From a virus (Duplodnaviria > Caudoviricetes): DNA of 62,870 nt. This document shows positions 55,812 through 62,870 of this stretch, piece after piece. The notes below the pieces were generated by a model that had not been told where the DNA came from, did no database searches, and saw only the letters and a program-made list of their open reading frames with translations. The stretch covers positions 1 to 62,870 of the IMG/VR virus record IMGVR_UViG_3300037066_000002; one strand, given 5' to 3'. The position numbers and the translations under genes were made by a program. Positions within the stretch are counted from its first letter, which is position 1; every line of letters begins with the position of its first letter.

Positions 55812-56657
55812 ATGATAGAATCTACCCCAATGGCGAGCGCCACAAAACTCACAAGACGGCCACGGCTTCTCGATCTGTTTTGTTGCGCCGGTGGAGCCGG
55901 CGTTGGCTACAGCAGGGCCGGTTTCGACGTGGTAGGCGTCGATATCAGCCCGCAACCCAGCTACCCGCTGCCGTTTATCCAAGCGAACGCCCTCACGCTC
56001 GATCCACGATTTATTGCGTTCTTCGATGCAGTTCACGCTTCGCCGCCATGCCAGTCGTACAGCGATCTCGCCAAGCGAAACGCGAACGCCGATGCATGGC
56101 CACGTCTGGTTGAGCCTGTTCGCGAAATGCTGAAGCGTTCAGGTCTTCCCTACGTGATAGAGAATGTGGACGGCGCTCCGTTGATTGATGCGGTAGTGCT
56201 CTGCGGAACGATGTTTTCAAATCTCCGCGTGCTTCGCCATAGACTGTTTGAGGCGAGCTTCACAATAATGACACCGCCCCATTCAAAGCACCCGAAGGTC
56301 CACACGTTTGATAAACGCAAATCCCATTTTGGAAAAACCAACGAATGGACGGATTTCGTACAGGTCACTGGGGGCGGAAACTGTACACTCGCCGCCGCTC
56401 GTGAGGCTATGGGTATCGACTGGATGAACAAGGGCGAAATCAATGAATCAATCCCGCCCGCCTATACCGAATTCATCGGCCGGCAACTACTACACCATCT
56501 GCACTCTGGCGGATTAGAGCCAGCCAGGACACGAAAGAGTAGTGACGTGGCGGATGAACTTGGAATTTCACGGCAAACGATCATACGCCGAATCCATCTG
56601 GGGTATTCGGTTCAGGAAGTAACGTGCAAGAGGATGAAGTCGGGGCCGCGCCGATGA
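55812..56657 (+). CDS. DNA cytosine-C5 methyltransferase with HTH-like tail
   Basis: LLDLFCCAGG, HASPPCQ, YVIENV, ESIPPAYTEFIG. Confidence 0.9.
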   Translation: MIESTPMASATKLTRRPRLLDLFCCAGGAGVGYSRAGFDVVGVDISPQPSYPLPFIQANALTLDPRFIAFFDAVHASPPCQSYSDLAKRNANADAWPRLVEPVREMLKRSGLPYVIENVDGAPLIDAVVLCGTMFSNLRVLRHRLFEASFTIMTPPHSKHPKVHTFDKRKSHFGKTNEWTDFVQVTGGGNCTLAAAREAMGIDWMNKGEINESIPPAYTEFIGRQLLHHLHSGGLEPARTRKSSDVADELGISRQTIIRRIHLGYSVQEVTCKRMKSGPRR

Positions 56658-57142
56658 GGGTGCTTGCGTTGGACCCTGGGCCGGATATGACGGCGTGGAT
56701 TATTTGGGATGGCGATAAGATTCACGGCATGGGCTGGGAGCCAAACTGCAAGGTCAGGCTCTATTGCTTTCCTGATAACGCGGATATTATGGCGGTCGAG
56801 ATGATCGCTTCCTACGGCCTCGCAGTGGGCCGCGATGTATTTCGAACGTGTGTTGAAATAGGCCGATTTGTTGATCGGTGGGAGACGCGGGAGAACTGTC
56901 CGGGTGAGACAGTTTTAATCCCTCGCCTTGATGTGAAGATGCACCTATGCCACACGGCACGCGCAAAGGACGCCAATATCTCGCAGGCGCTGAAGGACCG
57001 CTTCGGTGAAGTCGGCACGAAGAAGAATCCAGGTCGGCTGTTTGGCGTGAAGTCGCATATCTGGGCGGCCCTCGCGGTTGCGGTGACGGTTTACGATAAC
57101 CACGCGGCAGGTATATATACCGCCGCGTTTACAGACGTGTAA
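56654..57142 (+). CDS. RuvC-like Holliday junction resolvase
   Basis: VLALDPG, AVEM, AKDANI, HIWAALAVA. Confidence 0.75.
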   Translation: MRVLALDPGPDMTAWIIWDGDKIHGMGWEPNCKVRLYCFPDNADIMAVEMIASYGLAVGRDVFRTCVEIGRFVDRWETRENCPGETVLIPRLDVKMHLCHTARAKDANISQALKDRFGEVGTKKNPGRLFGVKSHIWAALAVAVTVYDNHAAGIYTAAFTDV

Positions 57143-57192
57143 GTTGTAGGTATATATACCTGTTGCTTTCGATTATCGATGCGTGGCACAAT
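57109..57192 (+). promoter_or_regulatory. Two GGTATATATACC palindromes followed by a promoter
   Basis: Copies at 57110 and 57149; TTGCTT(57163)-18-CACAAT. Confidence 0.6.
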
Positions 57193-57196
57193 GGTT

Positions 57197-57263
57197 GCGC
57201 GGGGTAGCTCCCCGCGCGTGGAAAGGCTTCCCACCCTGCTGTCGCCGTCATCCGGCAGCAGGG
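57197..57263 (+). promoter_or_regulatory. Three-hairpin leader upstream of helicase operon
   Basis: GCGCGGGG-TAGCT-CCCCGCGC; GTGGAA/TCCCAC; CCTGCTG/CAGCAGG. Confidence 0.45.
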
Positions 57264-57298
57264 GCCTCCTCCTCGAACACAGATGACGGAGATGACAC

Positions 57299-57484
57299 AT
57301 GCCGGAACCCGCCGAAGCACGTATCTATTGCGAAGATTGCCGTTTTTACCAGCCAAGTGAGAATTCTGGTTTCTGCCATATCTTCCCTCCTCGAGTTTTG
57401 TATATCAACGCCACGGAGGACCTGTTAACTGCGTGGCCTGAAGTTGATCTGGCAGACTGGTGCGGGGCCGCGAAGGCCAAGTGA
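57299..57484 (+). CDS. Small Cys-rich protein
   Basis: CEDCRFY...C...PP...WP.V...DWCG. Confidence 0.7.
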   Translation: MPEPAEARIYCEDCRFYQPSENSGFCHIFPPRVLYINATEDLLTAWPEVDLADWCGAAKAK

Positions 57485-59226
57485 CATCGCAGCCCGATAA
57501 CGTATCCGATCCACTCGAATTCCTCGCCGCGCAGGCGCTCGCTGATATGACGTCAGCATACAAACTGGAGTTCGCCCTTGAACTTGCGCGCGCCAAAGTT
57601 TCCGAAGATCCAGTCCGCATTGCCGCCGCGAATGAAGTAATCAGAAAACTCCGGTTGAAGCACGATTCGTTCAGGGTAACCGACCTGAACGACCTGATTA
57701 AATCCCAGCGGGTCCGCGCGCTCTCCGAGAAGGCGGACGCCGATAATAAGACGCGCCCGCCAATCGACGTATCGAAGTGTCCGCTGATCTTTTTCGGGAT
57801 GAACGACGATGGAAACGCCGAGCGTTTGCTTGTCCTGCATCGGGACAAAATGCGCTATTGCCCAGAATTTAAGGCATGGCTGATTTGGGATGGAAGGCGA
57901 TGGGAACAGGATAAATTCGGGAAGGCCCAGGAGTTGGCGGTTGACGCGATGCGGCAATTCCTTTCCCAGGTGCGCGACGACGGGAAGATTTACGAATTCG
58001 CCTTGAAGTCTGTGAACCTGAAGGGCGTCACTAACTGCCTGGCATTGGCGGCTCCGCGCGTGGCTGTCTCCGCCGGGAAACTGGACTCATCTCCGTGGTT
58101 GTTCAACTTCCGCAACGGCACCGTCGATCTGCGAACGGGGGCCATGAAGCCGCACGACCCGGCAGACTTGATAACAAAACTGGCCGATCACGATTACAAC
58201 CTGAAAGCTGAATGCCCGCGATGGCGCGAGTTCGTGAACTGGACGATGGGTGGTGGATCTGAGTCCGATGCGGATCGAGTCGGAAGATTTACAGAATACC
58301 TCCAGCGTGCTCTCGGTTACTCGATCACCGGCAGCACGTCCGAGAAGGCGCTATTCATCCCGTGGGGAGAGAAGGGAAATAACGGTAAGACCACAATGCT
58401 TGTCGTGGTCGGTCGCCTGATTCCCGAGTACTCGGGAATGCTGGACGTGGAAACCCTAATGACACGCAGCCGCTCATCCTCAAACGCCAGCGCCGACATC
58501 GCAGACCTGCGCGGCGTCCGATTCGTTCGCACCAGCGAAGCCGAAACGACGCAGCGTTTAGCCCAAGGATTAGTGAAGAAGCTGACCGAGGGGCAAGGAG
58601 AAGTTAAAGCCATCAAGAAGTACGAGAACTGGGTATCGTTCGCCGCTACACACAAAATCTGGATGGACACAAACGGCCGGCCAAGTTTCGAGGCTGAAGA
58701 CAACGCCATGATGAACCGGATGCACCTGATCCCGTTCCCGGCGAGCCTTGCGGAGTCGGATGTAGACCGAACCTTACCCGATGCACTCGTGAGAGACGAA
58801 GCCTGCGGGATACTCGCGTGGCTGGTGCGCGGCGCGGTGAAGTGGTACAAAGACCGGCTCCGCCGACCGGATGAAGCTGTAGCGGCGCGCGATCAGTGGC
58901 GCGATCAGATGGAAGTTGACGACCCCTGGATGACGGTGATCTCCGACTGGATCGTAGCCGAGGAAATGAAGTTCATGGAGACATCCCGATCATTCGGAGC
59001 GGACTCATTCTTCGATTTCACGGTCGCAGATATCCTAACTAAAGCCATGGGAATGAAAGAGAAGGATCAGGATGTTCATGGTAAGGCCGACACCATACGC
59101 GTAGGTAAGATCCTCGGAAGATTCAAGAGCGCCGACGACAAGCCACAGTTCGAGCGTTACCGGCGACCAGCGGCCCCGCGACCGTGGGCATACCGCCGAA
59201 TTAACCAAGCCCCTGATTCCGCTTGA
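57481..59226 (+). CDS. P4/D5-family SF3 helicase (phage/plasmid primase P4 family)
   Basis: DDGNAERL, WLIWDGRRW, NGTVDLRTG, GNNGKT, ADLRGVRFV..SE. Confidence 0.92.
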   Translation: MTSQPDNVSDPLEFLAAQALADMTSAYKLEFALELARAKVSEDPVRIAAANEVIRKLRLKHDSFRVTDLNDLIKSQRVRALSEKADADNKTRPPIDVSKCPLIFFGMNDDGNAERLLVLHRDKMRYCPEFKAWLIWDGRRWEQDKFGKAQELAVDAMRQFLSQVRDDGKIYEFALKSVNLKGVTNCLALAAPRVAVSAGKLDSSPWLFNFRNGTVDLRTGAMKPHDPADLITKLADHDYNLKAECPRWREFVNWTMGGGSESDADRVGRFTEYLQRALGYSITGSTSEKALFIPWGEKGNNGKTTMLVVVGRLIPEYSGMLDVETLMTRSRSSSNASADIADLRGVRFVRTSEAETTQRLAQGLVKKLTEGQGEVKAIKKYENWVSFAATHKIWMDTNGRPSFEAEDNAMMNRMHLIPFPASLAESDVDRTLPDALVRDEACGILAWLVRGAVKWYKDRLRRPDEAVAARDQWRDQMEVDDPWMTVISDWIVAEEMKFMETSRSFGADSFFDFTVADILTKAMGMKEKDQDVHGKADTIRVGKILGRFKSADDKPQFERYRRPAAPRPWAYRRINQAPDSA

Positions 59227-59305
59227 CGAACGCGCCGACAAGTCGTACACTCGAATTTCCTATCGCGCCGCTGCGTCCCACAAGGACCGGCGGCGTTTCT
59301 GCTTT
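59223..59305 (+). promoter_or_regulatory. Promoter plus terminator-like hairpin in front of the origin
   Basis: TTGACG-17-TACACT; CGCCGC...GCGGCG followed by TTTCTGCTTT. Confidence 0.55.
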
Positions 59306-59315
59306 CAAACGGCTC

Positions 59316-59597
59316 TGTCCCACTTAAATCGAAGCCGTCCCACTTTTTGTCCCACTTTCTGTCCCACTTTAACTCCTTTGTTTTGTAGGTTGTCCCACTT
59401 GTCCCACCAAAAACTGTCCAGACTTTTCTATAGGGGCTACATACAGCCCCAGTATCTGTCTGGATGTCTCTCTTTTTCCCTATAGAATACTTTTACTTCT
59501 TTTAAGTGGGACAAGTGGGACAAGTAGGATTCTAAAGAACTTATAGTGGGACAAAAAGTGGGACGTGTAGTGGGACAGAGGCTCAAAAGGTGGGACA
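59316..59597. repeat. Putative replication origin with inverted iteron arrays
   Basis: Six GTCCCAC (59317-59407) facing six GTGGGAC (59506-59596) around an AT-richer core, just after the helicase. Confidence 0.8.
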
Positions 59598-59943
59598 GGC
59601 TCCGACCAGCCCCGAAACCACCCAAAACCGCCACAATCGCCCCACAACGAATTCCGGGGTCCACTGCATCCTCCGACTGCCTGGAAATCGCGTACAGCCA
59701 GCCCTGACGCGAAATACGGGCATTCTATAATCTCCAGCCTGGCCAGATGTTGCCTTTCAACTGAACCGGGTTTTTTGAGTGGGATGGGTGGGGACAGCGG
59801 CCCTCCTCCACCCCCGCCGGCACCCCCTGGACAATCAAAGCGCAATGATAATGAGCATTAGCGCAAGTGGATTTTGTGCGGGAGATAGCGGCCTCGAGCG
59901 GGATCAGGACGAGATAGCGGCCAGCTTGATCACCAACTGGGAA

Positions 59944-60216
59944 TTACGTGTGCCGGCCATTGCGACTTGGTGGTAGATCTCGATCCAGGTCCAACTCGGT
60001 CGGAGTGTACAGCCCGTACTTCCGCTGATACCTCGCAGCTCTGTCACTCCTGCCGATCCTATGATGCCGAGCGAGTTGCACCGATCGTATGTGGGCCGCT
60101 GCTTCCTCTGTAGCGCCCGGTTTGTGCTCGGCTGGTATTGCCTTGCACGCTGAGCAGGGCCTAACACGCTTGCCTTGCCCTACGGTGCCGCACTGCTGAC
60201 AGGTCCAGTGGATCAT
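59944..60216 (-). CDS. Zn-finger hypothetical protein
   Basis: CQQC...CSAC; TAGAAT 6 nt upstream. Confidence 0.55.
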   Translation of the reverse strand: MIHWTCQQCGTVGQGKRVRPCSACKAIPAEHKPGATEEAAAHIRSVQLARHHRIGRSDRAARYQRKYGLYTPTELDLDRDLPPSRNGRHT

Positions 60217-60310
60217 ACAGATATTCTACCTGGTAGAAGTCGTCCGAATTGGCCTAGTCCGTTTCGGACGACTATAAGCAAAACCGCGACCAAGTATAAA
60301 TATTACTCAT

Positions 60311-60410
60311 TTGACCACTTGCGTTAATGTATGAGACACTGTGAATGTCAGGCAGGGCACAGACACCGCGGTTCCGAGCTTCGGCCGGCCGGATAGAAAC
60401 GCGAGTCCTG
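60311..60410 (+). promoter_or_regulatory. Early promoter and structured leader
   Basis: TTGACC-18-GACACT; CAGGGC/GTCCTG, CGCG/CGCG, TCCG/CGGA nested stems. Confidence 0.45.
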
Positions 60411-60455
60411 AGTATATCAAGGCGAGTAGTTTAAGGCATAACCAATGCCGAGAGG

Positions 60456-60770
60456 ATGAAGATGAATAACGTAACAGATAACGTAGACCTGAATCTCAAC
60501 GGTATGCGCGCTGATCTGATCGCGGCTGGTTTCGTGTTCGGTGATCGTGACGGATTCGTGGGCGAACGAATCTATCCAGCCTGGCAGGGCGCATTCGATA
60601 GCAAGCGGCTGGTTTGCCGCGACGTGCGCGTGCTGAATAACGGCACACTGATCGTTCACAATCCATGGACAAACGTGATTGAGGATCACATCGGCTCAGT
60701 TGCAGAGATCGGAGAATACCTCAAGGCGCACGGCAGGTTATGCGAGCCAGGCGCAAACGTTTGGGATTAA
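60456..60770 (+). CDS. Hypothetical early protein
   Basis: ORF with RBS. Confidence 0.65.
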   Translation: MKMNNVTDNVDLNLNGMRADLIAAGFVFGDRDGFVGERIYPAWQGAFDSKRLVCRDVRVLNNGTLIVHNPWTNVIEDHIGSVAEIGEYLKAHGRLCEPGANVWD

Positions 60771-60828
60771 ATAGCGGATGGCAGGTCTTCGGACCTGTAA
60801 CGCACCGGCGCTGAGTCCAAAGTCTCAG
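60770..60828 (+). ncRNA. Twister-like self-cleaving ribozyme (permuted, P5-type)
   Basis: GCG-GAUGG-[CAGGUC-UUCG-GACCUG]-UAA-CGC...CUGAG-UCCAAAGU-CUCAG; loop CCA complementary to UGG. Confidence 0.6.
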
Positions 60829-60862
60829 GCAATGCGTAGCGCTCAGGAGGCGCTTAACTAAC

Positions 60863-61393
60863 ATGACCAACACAGTTTCAACCGAAGTCGAGCATGGATT
60901 GAGTGAGGCGTCTATCGGTGCGGCGCATCCGGGCCTGATAGTCCAGTTGCATTACAAGTGCCGTGACATCGGCTACGGAATTGAGGAAGGCACTGTTGCG
61001 GGCCACTTCACTGGCAACCGTGACAACTACGGCAAATACACCTTCAGGCGCGATGACGGCGGCGCGGACCTGTATCTGTTCGAGGATGAGATTTACACGG
61101 TTGCCCCTGCGATCGCAGCGTTCGGTTTGAGGTCCGGTCGGCGGGAAGCTGGAGATCGGACAATGATCGGCGGAACGGTTCGCAAGATCGGGCCATCTGG
61201 CGGCGGATACATGACCGCTGGTGGCTCTTGGGTGTCGAGTTACTGGAAGAACCCACGGCCATTCACCGGATCGGCAGGCGCACAGGCAAGGCGCAATCGC
61301 CGGCGTGACGTGCGTAAAAACTGGTGGACTGGCATGGGGAATTACACCGATGCCGCGTTTTCACCGTGCGACGGTCGCGGGAGGCTGTACTAA
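60863..61393 (+). CDS. Hypothetical early protein
   Basis: AGGAGG upstream. Confidence 0.65.
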   Translation: MTNTVSTEVEHGLSEASIGAAHPGLIVQLHYKCRDIGYGIEEGTVAGHFTGNRDNYGKYTFRRDDGGADLYLFEDEIYTVAPAIAAFGLRSGRREAGDRTMIGGTVRKIGPSGGGYMTAGGSWVSSYWKNPRPFTGSAGAQARRNRRRDVRKNWWTGMGNYTDAAFSPCDGRGRLY

Positions 61394-61524
61394 TGGCGAC
61401 CTACAAGAGAATCGTGTACAGCGAGCGCACACCAGCGACAAAGAAAACCATCTGGCCGATGTTCTTGGTGGCGGCGTTGGGCGTCGCGGGGTGCGTGTGG
61501 ATAGCGTGCCTGTTGTCTCAGTAA
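61393..61524 (+). CDS. Small single-TM protein
   Basis: TAATG coupling; hydrophobic C-terminus. Confidence 0.5.
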   Translation: MATYKRIVYSERTPATKKTIWPMFLVAALGVAGCVWIACLLSQ

Positions 61525-61602
61525 TTATCCGAATTGACCCCGGCCCGCGAAAGGGCCAGAATGAAACCATTACACCGTCCACCAGACGGAGAGGAAAAGA
61601 AG

Positions 61603-61863
61603 ATGAAAAATCACGCATATATCAACAGCAACCCGTCCGCATTCGACAGCAATTGCGCTACGTGCGACGGAAAGGCGAGAGACTCGGTTCACAATGGCAG
61701 ATATGCCGTGCGGGTAGCCTTCGATAACGGGAATTCGCTCACAACGGAAATCAACGGGAATCCCGCTGACATTCAGGCGTACTACCTCCGCAACGAATTC
61801 AACCTCGGCGACGGAGCAGGCGGCGACCTGATGGCGACGGCTACCGCCGTGGAGTTTATCTAA
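61603..61863 (+). CDS. Hypothetical early protein
   Basis: VAFDNGNSLTTEING...YY...FN; GAGGA RBS. Confidence 0.65.
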   Translation: MKNHAYINSNPSAFDSNCATCDGKARDSVHNGRYAVRVAFDNGNSLTTEINGNPADIQAYYLRNEFNLGDGAGGDLMATATAVEFI

Positions 61864-62216
61864 TGAAGATAACCCGCGAATTTGCACCCGCTGACCGCTA
61901 CCTTTACGACTTCAAAGTATGCACCACCGATAAGGGATGGGCGCAACTGGACACACGCCAGGATGCAAGCTATTTCGGTACGTGGATCAATCCGACCGCC
62001 CGCAAAATCTTCTGCTACTGCGAGGGAGACACCACGCTGACCGAATGCGAGACGGACGCCGAACTGCAAGCCGAACTCGCTACGATGGCAGCATGGAACG
62101 CGGAGAACGGATATCGCGCATTCTCAACGGGCAAGGCAATCGCCATTGACCCCGGCTTTAACGATGACCTGAAAGCCGCTTGCGTGGCGGCTGGCATTGG
62201 TGGTTACCTCCACTAA
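61863..62216 (+). CDS. Conserved phage hypothetical protein
   Basis: DRYLYDF...GWAQLDTRQDASYFGTWINP...YCEGD. Confidence 0.75.
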   Translation: MKITREFAPADRYLYDFKVCTTDKGWAQLDTRQDASYFGTWINPTARKIFCYCEGDTTLTECETDAELQAELATMAAWNAENGYRAFSTGKAIAIDPGFNDDLKAACVAAGIGGYLH

Positions 62217-62221
62217 CGACA

Positions 62222-62358
62222 TTCAGCGGGGTCCAACGGCCATCGCCGCACTCGCCCTGCCAATCGCCTTGCCAGCGTGGTACCTGGCAACAAGCCCGAG
62301 GGCGTCACGCTCGGGCAACGGCGCTAATGGATCACCTGCCCGTGGTAGCGCTGCTGGA
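62222..62358 (+). ncRNA. Candidate multibranch intergenic RNA
   Basis: TTCAGC/GCTGGA enclosing TTGCCAG/CTGGCAA, GCCCGAG/CTCGGGC, GCGCTA/TAGCGC. Confidence 0.45.
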
Positions 62359-62389
62359 GTTTACAGACGATCCAACAAGGAGAGAAAGA

Positions 62390-62718
62390 ATGAATATCGA
62401 AGACCTGACAATCAAGCAGGCGCGGGAACTGGCCGCGCTTTTCGGCGGTGGCTCAACTCCGCCTCGGCATCCGGCAGTAGGCAAATACTGCGTGGTGCGC
62501 ACCTACAGCGCTGGCGTCCACGCTGGAATCTTACAGAGCGCGGAAGGGACGGCGGTTACACTGACCGATTCCCGGCGCATCTGGAACTGGACGGGCGCAT
62601 TGTCGTGCTCTGAGATCGCCGTCTCGGGAATCGCTGGCGGCAAGGTGGCGGTATCTGTACCGACGCAATACCTGACCGAGGCAATCGAGATCATCCCGGC
62701 GACGGCGGAGGCCGAAAA

Positions 62719-62737
<19 letters not shown>
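62390..62737 (+). CDS. DUF6948-like protein
   Basis: LTIKQAREL, GKYCVVRTYSAGVHAG, SRRIWNWTGA.SCSEIA, EAIEIIP; AAGGAG RBS. Confidence 0.75.

Positions 62738-62870
<133 letters not shown>

Noticed and set aside
59316-59597. CRISPR array
   Set aside because: Repeats are 7-10 nt, irregularly spaced and inverted
60390-60420. Hammerhead or hairpin ribozyme
   Set aside because: No CUGANGA upstream; the would-be hairpin loop A reads ACAC rather than AGAA

Overview
The window looks like a complete, circularly permuted ~62.7 kb genome of a tailed dsDNA phage with podovirus-type gene content. The first and last 127 nt overlap with one mismatch. It encodes a P22-like portal, scaffold, major capsid, adaptor and nozzle proteins, ejection proteins, two beta-helix tailspike-like proteins and a GH24 endolysin. 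It also encodes a split terminase large subunit, a glycosyltransferase/methyltransferase cluster, a tyrosine recombinase, RecE-like exonuclease plus AAA recombinase, adenine and cytosine DNA methyltransferases, a RuvC-like resolvase, and a P4/D5-type helicase next to an iteron origin. A Gram-negative host, possibly Acidobacteriota, is inferred. The most unusual signals are: (i) an early small-gene region spanning the origin of the window that holds a twister-ribozyme-like element, several other structured intergenic RNAs and a repeated GGTATACCGGGAGA motif; (ii) Sec signal peptides on Cys-rich tailspike/tail-region proteins; (iii) a 42-nt in-frame copy of the scaffold C-terminal motif inside an early gene; (iv) pervasive leaderless promoters, including a 19-bp-spacer dyad promoter and a palindromic back-to-back promoter at the recombinase. 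All calls come from reading the sequence by eye; no database search or folding program was run.
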